DNA of 64,000 nt from NCBI RefSeq assembly GCF_002413745.1, contig NZ_DHXP01000073.1; one strand, written 5' to 3'. The notes below the pieces were generated by a model. That model worked only from the letters and a program-made list of their open reading frames with translations, was not told where the DNA came from and did not search any database. Below, in pieces: positions 35,464 through 46,799 of the stretch. Position 1 is the first letter of the stretch. Each line of letters starts with the position of its first letter. The position numbers and the translations under genes are program-made. Source of the stretch: Flavobacterium sp. UBA5153 (GTDB lineage Bacteria > Bacteroidota > Bacteroidia > Flavobacteriales > Flavobacteriaceae).

Positions 35464-35509
35464 AAAAATCCCTTAAACATTTAAATTATGGATAAAGGAT
35501 TAATAAAAA

Positions 35510-37027
35510 TTATGAAGCGATTTCTACCGATTTTTTTTGTTTCATGCTTCCCGTTTTTGATAATCGGGTGTAAAAAGTAAAGGCTTCTTCCAAAAGATGA
35601 GGAGTTTGCCCGCCACGTAAACAGGCACGATCATAATAATCGATGAGTTCCTCTTTATATTCCGGATGGGCACAATTTTCGATGATTACTTTTACGCGTT
35701 CTCTTGGCGCAAGGCCTCTCAAATCGGCCAAACCTTGTTCCGTCACCAAAATATCGACATCATGTTCGGTATGGTCCACATGGGGAACCATTGGCACAAC
35801 ATGCGATATGGAATTGAATTCCTTGGAAGCGGACTGCGTAACAAAAATGCTCAAATAACTGTTTCTGGCAAAATCCCCAGAACCCCCGATGCCGTTCATC
35901 ATTTTGGTGCCTGAAATATGCGTTGAATTTACATTGCCATAAATGTCAAATTCAATTGCGGTATTAATTGATATAACTCCTAATCTCCGGATTACTTCCG
36001 CTGAATTGCTGATATTTTGCGGACGAAGAACCATCTTGTCTTTATATTGATCGAAATTGTCTAAAACGTGTTTGTAACAGGCTTCTGAAACTGTAATTGA
36101 CGATGCCGAAGCAAAATCCATTTTTCCGGAATCAAATAATTCAAAGGTACTGTCTTGTAATACTTCCGAATACATGACCAAATTTTCAAAATTTCCTCTG
36201 GAAAATCCTGACATCACCGCATTAGCCACTTTTCCGATGCCAACCTGTAATGGCATTAATGATTTTGTCAATCTGCTAACTTCAATTTCATTTTCAAAAA
36301 ACGCTAACAAATGATTTGCGATTGCTGTAGTTTTTGCATCTGGCTCGCTTACCAAAGCAGCACTGTCGGGAAGTTCTGTAAACACAATTCCGGCAACTTT
36401 GTCAGGATCAATAGTGATATAATCGACTCCGATTCTGTCTTCGGAAGATTTAATGTTGATGACATCCCGATTTGGATATTTTTCATGAATAAAAATATCA
36501 TGTATACCTTTGAAATTTAATGGTATAGAAGTATTTATTTCAATGATAATATTATCTGCTAAATGTGCAAAAGTAGCCGAGTTTCCCACAGAAGTTGTTG
36601 GGATAATATTCCCATTTTCATCAATATAGGTGGCTTCAAGAATGGCAAAATCGAGTTTTGGAAGATGCTTGTTTTCTAATAATTCGGCAGTTTCACTGAG
36701 GTGTTGGTCTATAAAAAGCACGTCACCTTCGTTAATTTTTTGTCTGAGCGAACTATCAGCCTGAAAAGGCATTCTTCGGTATAAGGCATTGTTTTTCGCC
36801 AAATCGGCATCGGTATTGTGTCCTAAAGAAGCGCCGGTAATCAGCGTAATGGCGATATTTTCGAATTCTGCTTTTTTCGCAAAAGCAGGAAGTACGGCTT
36901 TGCTGTCCCCTGCTTTTGTAAATCCGCTTGTGCCAACTACCATTTTATCTTTTAAAAAATTGGCGGCTTGTTGCGCAGAAATTACTTTGTCTTTGTAACT
37001 TTGAAATCGAATTCGCTCTAAGTTCAT
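35510..37027 (-). CDS. Acetyl-CoA hydrolase/transferase family protein (succinate/acetate CoA-transferase-like)
   Basis: 505 aa. Typical N-terminus (VVGTSGFTKAGDSKAV) and GIGGSGDF motif. Confidence 0.85.
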   Translation of the reverse strand: MNLERIRFQSYKDKVISAQQAANFLKDKMVVGTSGFTKAGDSKAVLPAFAKKAEFENIAITLITGASLGHNTDADLAKNNALYRRMPFQADSSLRQKINEGDVLFIDQHLSETAELLENKHLPKLDFAILEATYIDENGNIIPTTSVGNSATFAHLADNIIIEINTSIPLNFKGIHDIFIHEKYPNRDVINIKSSEDRIGVDYITIDPDKVAGIVFTELPDSAALVSEPDAKTTAIANHLLAFFENEIEVSRLTKSLMPLQVGIGKVANAVMSGFSRGNFENLVMYSEVLQDSTFELFDSGKMDFASASSITVSEACYKHVLDNFDQYKDKMVLRPQNISNSAEVIRRLGVISINTAIEFDIYGNVNSTHISGTKMMNGIGGSGDFARNSYLSIFVTQSASKEFNSISHVVPMVPHVDHTEHDVDILVTEQGLADLRGLAPRERVKVIIENCAHPEYKEELIDYYDRACLRGGQTPHLLEEAFTFYTRLSKTGSMKQKKSVEIAS

Positions 37028-37198
37028 ATTTTTGGTTTTTTAGTAATTAATTTGACGATAATGTTTTTTTTCATTAATAAATTAAAAGAAAATTAAAATT
37101 TAATTTATTTATATTACAATAATAGTAAAATAAACAATTGACAAATTATCTTAAAAAGACAAATATGTATTCATTTCGGACACTATAAAATTAAATAA

Positions 37199-38014
37199 AT
37201 GACAAAAGAAAAATATTATATAAAGGAAGTTGATGCGGATAAAAAAAGTATTTATTGTCATCATGACTTAATGGGAGAACTATTGATTCCGACCCATAAA
37301 CATGACAAAGCGCAAATGTTGTATACTGAAGGCGGAATAGTTTATGTTATTACCCAAACGAATACTTATTTCTTGCCTGCCCGTCATTTTATGTGGATTC
37401 CAAAAGGAGTGGAACATAGTATCCATACCAATTCTGAAAACGTAATAATGAGAAATTTATATTTTCCGGTAAAAACAAACGAGCATCTTTTTTATGAAAG
37501 TGAAGGAATTTATCCGATTAACGATTTGTTATTGCAAATGATGCTTTTTACCAATAGATGGGATGGAAATTTGAAGAAAGGAACCAGAAATTACGATATC
37601 ACCAAAGCGATTAAAGCGATTATGCCTAAAATTTGTTTGAATAATTTACCGTTATCATTGCCTTTTTCAAAGGATATTCGGCTGACAAAAATAGTGGATT
37701 ACTTAGATGGGAATTTAGCTGAACCCATTTTATTTTCTAAGATAGCTATTCAATTTGGATTTAGTGAACGCTCTTTATATCGGTTGTTTCAAAAAGATTT
37801 GGGAATGTCATTTATTCAATACCTTACTATTCGAAGAATTTTAAAAGCAATAGAATTGTTGTTGGAAAAACACCTTACCGTTAACGAAGTGGCACTAGCT
37901 GTAGGTTATAATAGCGTGCCGACTTTCAGCAACACTTTTTACAAAATTCTTAGACAGCGACCATCAGATTATTTAAATGGAGAGCGAATCCTAAAAAAAA
38001 AGTTAGCCATTTAA
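37199..38014 (+). CDS. AraC family transcriptional regulator (cupin N-domain)
   Basis: C-terminal double HTH (FSERSLYRLFQK...VGYNSVPTFSNTFYK). Confidence 0.85.
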   Translation: MTKEKYYIKEVDADKKSIYCHHDLMGELLIPTHKHDKAQMLYTEGGIVYVITQTNTYFLPARHFMWIPKGVEHSIHTNSENVIMRNLYFPVKTNEHLFYESEGIYPINDLLLQMMLFTNRWDGNLKKGTRNYDITKAIKAIMPKICLNNLPLSLPFSKDIRLTKIVDYLDGNLAEPILFSKIAIQFGFSERSLYRLFQKDLGMSFIQYLTIRRILKAIELLLEKHLTVNEVALAVGYNSVPTFSNTFYKILRQRPSDYLNGERILKKKLAI

Positions 38015-38054
38015 TTGGTTAACTTTTTTAATAATTTCCAAAAGTCAATACATT

Positions 38055-38921
38055 TTACTCCGCTAATTTATCCAAGGCATACGCAATCAATTCATCAACA
38101 GCTTTATACGGATCTTCGCTAAAAGTGCCGTTGGCACGGTTCGCAATTATGGCATTTAGCGACAAACAATGATGTCCCATTAATTTTCCAAGTCCATAAA
38201 TAGCGCCAGTTTCCATTTCTAAATTAGTAATTCGATTTCCTTCAAAATTGAAATTATCCATTTTTGAATTCAAGTTTTCGTCCTGGATATTCAACCGCAA
38301 AACACGACCTTGAGGGCCGTAAAATCCGCCGGCAGTTGCTGTAATTCCTTTAAATATTCTGTCACTTTCCATTCTTTTTTCCAGTTTTTCCGAGCAAGTA
38401 ATGATGTAAGGTCTCCCTTTTCTTAAATCCCAGTTGGTGTGTTTTATAAAAGCGTCTTCCATTGCAGTTTCCGAAATTTCATCGATCAAGTAGGAGCGGA
38501 GCATATTATCTAAGCCCAATCCAAATTTTGCCATCACAAAACTATCCACGGGAATATCGGCTTGTAAAGAACCCGAAGTTCCGATTCTGATGATATTCAA
38601 AGAGGTAAGATTTTCTTTTGGAGTTCTGGTTTTCAAATCAATGTTGACCAAAGCATCTAATTCGTTCATCACAATATCAATATTGTCAGGACCAATTCCG
38701 GTTGACATTACCGTGATTCGTTTGCCTTTGAAAAGACCGGTTTGGGTTTTGAATTCTCTTTTTTGGGTCGAAAACTCTATGCTGTCAAAAAACTGCGTAA
38801 TTTTTTCGACACGATTTTGGTCACCAACGAAGATGACATCGTTCGCAACATGTTCGGGTTTTAAGTTCAGATGATACACACTCCCGTCTGGATTAAGTAT
38901 CAATTCGGATGATTGGATCAT
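38055..38921 (-). CDS. PNP_UDP_1 family nucleoside phosphorylase
   Basis: 288 aa. RIGTSGSL and EMETGAIYG motifs. Confidence 0.8.
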   Translation of the reverse strand: MIQSSELILNPDGSVYHLNLKPEHVANDVIFVGDQNRVEKITQFFDSIEFSTQKREFKTQTGLFKGKRITVMSTGIGPDNIDIVMNELDALVNIDLKTRTPKENLTSLNIIRIGTSGSLQADIPVDSFVMAKFGLGLDNMLRSYLIDEISETAMEDAFIKHTNWDLRKGRPYIITCSEKLEKRMESDRIFKGITATAGGFYGPQGRVLRLNIQDENLNSKMDNFNFEGNRITNLEMETGAIYGLGKLMGHHCLSLNAIIANRANGTFSEDPYKAVDELIAYALDKLAE

Positions 38922-38935
38922 TGTTTATTTTTTAC

Positions 38936-38973
38936 CGCAAAGGCGCAAAGTTTTTTCGCAAAGCACACAAAGC
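38936..38973. repeat. Four direct C(G/A)CAAAG words
   Basis: CCGCAAAGGCGCAAAGTTTTTTCGCAAAGCACACAAAGC, read directly. Confidence 0.6.
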
Positions 38974-39019
38974 TAATTAGTGTTGTTTTTTAGTTTTAAA
39001 TCTGAATATTGCAACAGAA

Positions 39020-39349
39020 TTATCCTCCTACTCGTTTTACTTTAAATCCTTTTTCTTTAAATATTTGCATAATTTTATCACGATAATCTCCCTGTATAAT
39101 TATGGAATCGTCTTTGAAAGTACCGCCAACGCTCAATTTAGTTTTAATTTCTTTGGCTAGAATTTTAAAATCCTCGTCTGTCCCTTCGTAACCCTCAATT
39201 ATGGTCGTGGCTTTTCCTTTTCGCTTTTCGAATTTGCAAATCATGGGTTCTTTTTGAATAAAAAGCACGTGATTTTCTTCTTGAATTTCTTCAGGTTCCG
39301 ATTCTATATGGTCTGGAAATAAATTTTTTAATTGCTCTTGTAAGTCCAT
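39020..39349 (-). CDS. SUI1/YciH family translation initiation factor
   Basis: KGKATTIIEGYEG...KLSVGGTFKDD...IQGDYRDKI is a typical SUI1 fold sequence. Confidence 0.85.
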   Translation of the reverse strand: MDLQEQLKNLFPDHIESEPEEIQEENHVLFIQKEPMICKFEKRKGKATTIIEGYEGTDEDFKILAKEIKTKLSVGGTFKDDSIIIQGDYRDKIMQIFKEKGFKVKRVGG

Positions 39350-39389
39350 TTTTTATCTTTTTGTAGGCGATTGTATTTATCTAAAAATC

Positions 39390-39426
39390 AAAAAAGACAT
39401 CAAGCAAAAACTCAATGTCTTTTTTA
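39390..39426 (-). terminator. Intrinsic terminator after the oxygenase gene
   Basis: AAAAAAGACAT...ATGTCTTTTTT hairpin with flanking A and T runs. Confidence 0.7.
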
Positions 39427-39443
39427 CAGTATAAATTTATAAT

Positions 39444-40394
39444 TTATTTTTTGATTAATCCCAAATCTACCAATCTTTCGTACAAGTATTCTCCAGCCGT
39501 AATAGCCTCGAATTTCTTTGGATTTTCGGCATCAATACAATTTTCCAAACAATCCAATCGCATATCACTTATGGGATGCATAAAAAACGGAATAGAAAAA
39601 CGCGAAGTTCCCCATAATTCTTTTGGAGGATTCACCACTTGGTGAATGGTGGATTTTAATTTATTATTGGTGTGACGCGATAACATGTCGCCTACATTTA
39701 TGACTAATTCGTCAGGTTGGGCAATGGCGTCAATCCAAACTCCATCGTGATTTTGAACTTGCAAACCTCGACCTTGGGCGCCCATCAAAAGCGTAATCAA
39801 GTTAATATCGCCGTGAGCTGCGGCTCGAATGGCATTTTCGGGTTCCGAAGTAATGGGTGGATAATGAATTGGTCTTAAAATCGAGTTTCCTTCTTTGGCA
39901 TATTCATCAAAATAAAACTCGTCTAATCCAAGGTATAAAGCCAAAGCTCTCAATACATAAACTCCTGTTTTTTCGAGCATTTGGTAGGCTTCTTTTCCCA
40001 CAATATTAAAACGAGGCAATTCTTTAACTTCTACATTATCGGGATATTCTGCTGCGTGTTTTGAGTCTTTTTCAACATATTGTCCAAAGTGCCAAAACTC
40101 TTTCAAATCACCTTCTTTTCTACCTTTAGCGTGTTCTTTTCCACAAGAAACGTAACCTCTTTGTCCTCCAATTTCCGGGATTTCATAACTGTGTTTTGTT
40201 TCTAAGGGAAGGGAGAAAAAATTCCTTATTTCGCCGTACAATTCATCAACCAATTGGTCGTCTAAAAAATGACCTTTCAAGGCTACGAATCCAATTTCTT
40301 CAAAGGTGCTTCCTATTTCATTTACAAATTTTTGTTTACGTTTCGGGTCATCCGAAAGGAAATCACGCAAGTCAACACTAGGTATTTTTAGCAT
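39444..40394 (-). CDS. 2OG-Fe(II) oxygenase (isopenicillin N synthase family)
   Basis: HGDINLITLL (HxD), HQV (distal His), RFSIPFF (RxS). Confidence 0.8.
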   Translation of the reverse strand: MLKIPSVDLRDFLSDDPKRKQKFVNEIGSTFEEIGFVALKGHFLDDQLVDELYGEIRNFFSLPLETKHSYEIPEIGGQRGYVSCGKEHAKGRKEGDLKEFWHFGQYVEKDSKHAAEYPDNVEVKELPRFNIVGKEAYQMLEKTGVYVLRALALYLGLDEFYFDEYAKEGNSILRPIHYPPITSEPENAIRAAAHGDINLITLLMGAQGRGLQVQNHDGVWIDAIAQPDELVINVGDMLSRHTNNKLKSTIHQVVNPPKELWGTSRFSIPFFMHPISDMRLDCLENCIDAENPKKFEAITAGEYLYERLVDLGLIKK

Positions 40395-40536
40395 ACTATT
40401 AACTATTTTTTAATATCTTAGAAGTCCTTAAACCTCGTGTCAACAAATGTAAAGAATTATTCTAATTCATAATTTTAAAAGTTACAAACAAAGCGAAATT
40501 AATATAACAAAATCAAGTGAAACTGTTATTTTTTTA

Positions 40537-40544
40537 TACTTTTG
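40537..40544 (+). promoter_or_regulatory. Candidate -7 box TACTTTTG (TAnnTTTG)
   Basis: 25 bp upstream of ATG 40570. Confidence 0.3.
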
Positions 40545-40569
40545 AACCACAATAAATAAAGCAAAACTA

Positions 40570-42546
40570 ATGAATTTCGACAGAAAAAATCTTACCGACA
40601 ATCAATTATTGGATTTATATAAAAGATTGGTAAAACCAAGGTTAATTGAAGAAAAAATGTTGATCCTTATCCGACAAGGAAAAGTGTCCAAATGGTTTTC
40701 CGGAATTGGTCAGGAAGCCATTTCTGTGGGAGTTACGGCGGTTTTGGACGCTGACGAATATATTTTGCCAATGCACCGAAACCTCGGTGTTTTCACCGGA
40801 CGAAACATTCCGTTATACCGACTTTTTTCGCAATGGCAAGGCAAAGCCAATGGGTTCACCAAGGGTCGCGATAGAAGTTTTCACTTTGGAACCCAACAAT
40901 ACAAGATTATCGGGATGATTTCGCATTTGGGTCCACAATTGGGTGTTGCTGACGGGATTGCATTGGCAAACAAATTGAAGAAAAACGGAAAAATTACCGC
41001 CGTTTTCACTGGCGAAGGAGCTACCAGCGAAGGTGATTTTCACGAAGCCTTGAATATTGCCGCCGTTTGGGAATTGCCAGTACTATTCATTATTGAAAAT
41101 AACGGTTATGGACTTTCAACACCCACAAACGAACAATTCCGTTGTGAAAACATTGCTGATAAAGGAATCGGTTACGGAATGGAAAGCCATATAATTGATG
41201 GAAATAACATTCTTGAAGTTTATAATAAATTATCAGAATTGAAAGTTTCGATGACTGCGAATCCGCGTCCCGTTTTATTGGAATTCAAGACATTTCGAAT
41301 GCGCGGACATGAAGAAGCAAGTGGAACTAAATATATACCTCAGGAGTTAATGGATTTATGGGCCATCAAAGATCCCGTAGATAATTACAGAAAATACTTA
41401 TTCGAAAATAAAATACTAACTGCCGGTTTTGATGAAACTTTACGTTCTGAAATCAAGGCAGAAATTGATGAAAGTCTGGCGCTTGCCAATACAGAACCAG
41501 AAATTGAAGCCGTTTTAAGTGAAGAATTAAATGATGTTTACAAACCATATCAATTTGAGGAAGTTAATCCTTCTGACGAAGTAGAAAATATTCGTTTCAT
41601 AGATGCAATTTCCAGTAGTTTGAGACAATCTATGGAACGCCATAAAAACTTGGTAATTATGGGCCAGGATATTGCCGAATATGGTGGTGCTTTCAAAATT
41701 ACGGATGGTTTTGTGGCGCAATTTGGTAAAGAGCGTGTTCGTAATACGCCAATTTGCGAAAGTGCCGTGGTTTCGGCAGGAATGGGATTGTCAATCAACG
41801 GTTATAAAGCGATAGTAGAAATGCAGTTTGCTGATTTTGTTTCGACTGGATTCAACCCGATCGTGAATTTATTGGCAAAATCACATTATCGTTGGCAGGA
41901 AAAGGCAGATGTTGTTGTGCGGATGCCTTGCGGAGGAGGTACACAAGCGGGACCTTTCCATTCGCAAACCAATGAAGCCTGGTTTACCAAAACACCGGGT
42001 TTAAAAGTGGTTTATCCGGCCTTTCCTTATGATGCCAAAGGGCTTTTGGCAACTTCAATCAATGACCCAAATCCGGTGCTGTTTTTTGAGCACAAACAAC
42101 TGTACAGAAGTGTTCACCAAGATGTGCCAAAAGACTATTATACCATTCCGTTAGGAAAAGCGGCTTTATTGAAAGAAGGAAAGGATGTTACTATTATTTC
42201 GTTTGGAGCTGCAGTGCATTGGGCTTTTGATACATTAGCTAAAAATCCTGAAATTTCAGCTGATTTATTGGATTTAAGAACGCTCCAACCTTTGGATACG
42301 GAGGCTATTTACGCTTCTGTAAAGAAAACGGGAAGAGTAATTATATATCATGAGGATTCGATGTTTGGTGGAATTGCCAGTGATATTTCGGCTTTGATTA
42401 TGGAAGAATGTTTTGAATATTTAGATGCGCCAGTAAAAAGAGTAGCAAGTTTAGACACGCCAATTCCGTTTACAAAAGCATTGGAAGATCAGTATTTACC
42501 AAAAGGAAGGTTTGAAATTGTTTTGAGGGAATTACTAATATATTAG
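40570..42546 (+). CDS. Fused alpha/beta E1 component of a 2-oxoacid dehydrogenase (TPP-dependent)
   Basis: 658 aa. The N-half resembles E1 alpha (GEGATSEGDFHE). The C-half resembles E1 beta (transketolase-like pyrimidine-binding and C-terminal domains). Confidence 0.85.
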   Translation: MNFDRKNLTDNQLLDLYKRLVKPRLIEEKMLILIRQGKVSKWFSGIGQEAISVGVTAVLDADEYILPMHRNLGVFTGRNIPLYRLFSQWQGKANGFTKGRDRSFHFGTQQYKIIGMISHLGPQLGVADGIALANKLKKNGKITAVFTGEGATSEGDFHEALNIAAVWELPVLFIIENNGYGLSTPTNEQFRCENIADKGIGYGMESHIIDGNNILEVYNKLSELKVSMTANPRPVLLEFKTFRMRGHEEASGTKYIPQELMDLWAIKDPVDNYRKYLFENKILTAGFDETLRSEIKAEIDESLALANTEPEIEAVLSEELNDVYKPYQFEEVNPSDEVENIRFIDAISSSLRQSMERHKNLVIMGQDIAEYGGAFKITDGFVAQFGKERVRNTPICESAVVSAGMGLSINGYKAIVEMQFADFVSTGFNPIVNLLAKSHYRWQEKADVVVRMPCGGGTQAGPFHSQTNEAWFTKTPGLKVVYPAFPYDAKGLLATSINDPNPVLFFEHKQLYRSVHQDVPKDYYTIPLGKAALLKEGKDVTIISFGAAVHWAFDTLAKNPEISADLLDLRTLQPLDTEAIYASVKKTGRVIIYHEDSMFGGIASDISALIMEECFEYLDAPVKRVASLDTPIPFTKALEDQYLPKGRFEIVLRELLIY

Positions 42547-42560
42547 AATAAATAATAGTA

Positions 42561-42596
42561 AAAAATGGTTTTCAAATTTTGAAAACCATTTTTTAT
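42561..42596. terminator. Bidirectional intrinsic terminator
   Basis: AAAAATGGTTTTCAAA-T-TTTGAAAACCATTTTTT lies between convergent genes. Confidence 0.8.
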
Positions 42597-42635
42597 ATTT
42601 TAATAATTGATGCTCTGATTAATAAAATTACATAC

Positions 42636-44180
42636 TTATCGATTACTCAACTTGGCTTTTTCCTTAATAATATCACCGATTTTTCTATTTTCAATTTTAC
42701 TTTCGAGCCATGAGATAATATCAAGATATAGAAAAGCTCTTTTTTCGTAAGTGTTTTTTTCCAGTTCTATAAATCGTTCCTTAATTTTTATGAATTCCTT
42801 TTTGATATCTGTAGGATAAATAGTGCTCAATTTTTTCAAAAAACGAATCATTTCCTTTTGCACTTCATGTAAATCATTCATTTTTATCAGAAATTTATAT
42901 GTACTTTTTAGCTGATTTTCCATGTTGAAATCTTTACCCGATTCATAATGGGCAATCAAACACAAAATACGTGCAAAACACGCTAAATCTTCCCGAACAT
43001 AGAGATTTTTGTTGTTAATGATTTTTTCGAGATAAAATATCGATTCAGTATATTTTTCGTTTCCAAAATAAATACAGGCGATTTTATAGTAAAATAACAT
43101 TTCGTGATGCTCATCGAGATGTTCGCTGTGCAACTTTATTTTGTCTAAAATTTCAGGAATCAGATATTCACTTTCAGCAAAAGTACCTTCCAGAATATGA
43201 TAATTCAATTTGTTGTTATACAAATACAAGAACGATAATGAAGCAATATTGTCATTCACCGGAAATTGGGGATCATTTATTGTTTCTTCCAATAATTCCA
43301 AGTATTTTTTGAAATTTGATTTATATTTTAGCATAAATAGAGACTCCAATAAATAATGGTTTCCTTTCAGGAAAAACACGGGATTTAGAAAAATCATATT
43401 TCTATTGTCATAGAAAAGAGTCACCCATTTGTGAGCATATTTATAGCAGGACAGGAAGTCTTGGACTAAAAAACTACGCCAAAGATAGGCATTGTAATAC
43501 CAGTATTTCTCTCGAAACCCAAACTTGCTTTCATCAAATCTAGAAATGTGTTTCTTGAAATAGTCATCGATGTATTTATATTCTTCATCACTTTTTACAT
43601 AGCCGGTCTTAAGCATAATGCCGTATAATTGCAATGATAAATTTGATAATTTGCTTGAAATGGTATTTTTATAGTTCAATTCTTTGGCCTGGACAACCAA
43701 TTCATCGGCGCGTCCTTGAATACTGCGGGTAATGTATTGTGATTCTATCAGTTTTTCGAATTCAACAATTTCATAAGCCATATATTTCTCGTCATTTTCA
43801 AGAGCCTGTTGTTTGGTTTTGTCCAAAATTTTTAAACTTTGTTTATACAAACCTTTATTGTATAGTATTGTGGCAAAATCAATCTGTTCGCGTAACTGGT
43901 AGCGAATGTTTTGGCTGGGAATATTCAAACGAATACTCACCAAAATTTGTTTGTATAAATACGATTTAAGGTTGGATAATTGTACTTTCTTGATGATGCC
44001 GCTTTTCAAAATAATTTTCTCATCATAGACTTCTGATTTGTCTAAAATGTTGAATAATTCGATAAACTTTGTGTTAGAACTCGTTTCGAGCCGACTTGCA
44101 AAAATCTTGAATTGTCTTTTTTCAGACTTCGAAAGCGATTTTATCAATACAAATAAAGAATCTTTTTGATGGTTAGCCAT
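42636..44180 (-). CDS. Hypothetical all-alpha (TPR-like) protein
   Basis: 514-aa ORF. No catalytic motif recognised. Confidence 0.5.
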   Translation of the reverse strand: MANHQKDSLFVLIKSLSKSEKRQFKIFASRLETSSNTKFIELFNILDKSEVYDEKIILKSGIIKKVQLSNLKSYLYKQILVSIRLNIPSQNIRYQLREQIDFATILYNKGLYKQSLKILDKTKQQALENDEKYMAYEIVEFEKLIESQYITRSIQGRADELVVQAKELNYKNTISSKLSNLSLQLYGIMLKTGYVKSDEEYKYIDDYFKKHISRFDESKFGFREKYWYYNAYLWRSFLVQDFLSCYKYAHKWVTLFYDNRNMIFLNPVFFLKGNHYLLESLFMLKYKSNFKKYLELLEETINDPQFPVNDNIASLSFLYLYNNKLNYHILEGTFAESEYLIPEILDKIKLHSEHLDEHHEMLFYYKIACIYFGNEKYTESIFYLEKIINNKNLYVREDLACFARILCLIAHYESGKDFNMENQLKSTYKFLIKMNDLHEVQKEMIRFLKKLSTIYPTDIKKEFIKIKERFIELEKNTYEKRAFLYLDIISWLESKIENRKIGDIIKEKAKLSNR

Positions 44181-44312
44181 TGTAAAATATAGTATAGTAA
44201 CTTATTGTTTATCAGTTGTTTATAAAGTTTTCATTTACTTTATAAACAGTATAATTCATGAAAATGGATTTTATATTAAAGTAATGAAATCTATTTTTGT
44301 TTCGAAATGTGA

Positions 44313-45509
<1,197 letters not shown>

Positions 45510-45559
45510 TACCCATTTTAGCATTCAAATTATAGCATACCTTTACAAAAAAATATAAA

Positions 45560-46678
45560 ATGGACTTAAAAATAGCAGTGCTTTCGGGAGACGGAATTGG
45601 TCCTGAGGTTATCTTACAAGCAAAAAAGGCATTGAATGCAATTGGAGTGGTTTATGATCACGAATTTGTATTTGAAGATGCTCTTGTAGGTGCCGTTGCT
45701 ATTGATCAAACTGGAAATCCACTTCCAAATCAAACATTAAATCTTTGTTTAAATACGGATGCAGTTTTGTTTGGAGCTATCGGACATCCAAAATATGACA
45801 ATAATCCTGATGCCAAAGTGCGTCCAGAACAAGGATTACTTAAATTAAGAAATGAATTAGGGCTTTTTGCCAATATCAGACCTATAAAACCATACAAAGC
45901 ATTATTGGATTGCTCTCCGTTAAAAAGAGAAATAATCGAGGGTGTTGATTTTGTTGTTTATAGAGAACTCTCCGGGGGTGTTTATGTTGGTGAAAAAAAA
46001 TTAAATGAAGATGGAACAATAGCTTCTGATTCCTATGAATATTCAGAAGAACAAATTAGCAGAATTACACATTTAGCTTTTAAAGCAGCCCAAAAACGTA
46101 GAAAAAAAGTAACAATGGTCGATAAAGCCAATGTTCTCGAAACTTCCAGATTATGGAGACGATTGGTAAAAAAAATTGGAGAAAGTTATCCCGACGTTGC
46201 TTTGAATTTTCTTTTTGTGGATAATGCAGCAAAGCAAATTATTCTGAATCCAAGACAATTTGATGTTATCTTGACCGAAAATATGTTTGGCGATATTCTT
46301 TCTGATGAAGCCAGCGTAATTGCAAGCTCAATCGGATTATTGGCTTCTGTATCATTAGGAAATGACAAGGCACTTTTTGAATCCATTCACGGTTCATATG
46401 TCGAGGCAACAGGGAAAAATATTGCAAATCCAATTGCTTCCATATTATCGGCGGCGATGCTTTTGGAACATTTTGGACTCGATAAAGAGGCACAAAAAGT
46501 ATATGAAGCTGTTGAAAAAGCTTTCGAATATAAAATAGTAACCGCTGATTTGAATTCATTTTCAAAATTTGGCACCAATGAAGTAGGAGACTTTGTCTCG
46601 AATTTTATTTTAAGTAAAGAAGACTTATTATATTTTAATAATGATAATGTTTATATAGGACAATCAACTATAGTATAA
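45560..46678 (+). CDS. leuB: 3-isopropylmalate dehydrogenase
   Basis: [13 protein letters not shown] and [12 protein letters not shown] motifs. Confidence 0.9.
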   Translation: MDLKIAVLSGDGIGPEVILQAKKALNAIGVVYDHEFVFEDALVGAVAIDQTGNPLPNQTLNLCLNTDAVLFGAIGHPKYDNNPDAKVRPEQGLLKLRNELGLFANIRPIKPYKALLDCSPLKREIIEGVDFVVYRELSGGVYVGEKKLNEDGTIASDSYEYSEEQISRITHLAFKAAQKRRKKVTMVDKANVLETSRLWRRLVKKIGESYPDVALNFLFVDNAAKQIILNPRQFDVILTENMFGDILSDEASVIASSIGLLASVSLGNDKALFESIHGSYVEATGKNIANPIASILSAAMLLEHFGLDKEAQKVYEAVEKAFEYKIVTADLNSFSKFGTNEVGDFVSNFILSKEDLLYFNNDNVYIGQSTIV

Positions 46679-46680
46679 GC

Positions 46681-46782
46681 CCCCCGACCCCCGAAGGGGG
46701 AGTAAGGAAAGAAAAAATAATAAATAATAAATAATAACAGTCCGCTTACGGCTCCCTCTCCTTTGGAGAGGGTCGGGGTGAG
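46681..46782. repeat. GC-rich double-hairpin intercistronic element, copy 1
   Basis: CCCCC-GAA-GGGGG (46688-46700), an A-rich spacer, then CCCTCTCC-TTT-GGAGAGGG (46754-46772) followed by TCGGGGTGAG. The ends CCCCCGACCC and GGGTCGGGGT are inverted. Confidence 0.8.
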
Positions 46783-46799
46783 AAAAAATTAAAAAAATA

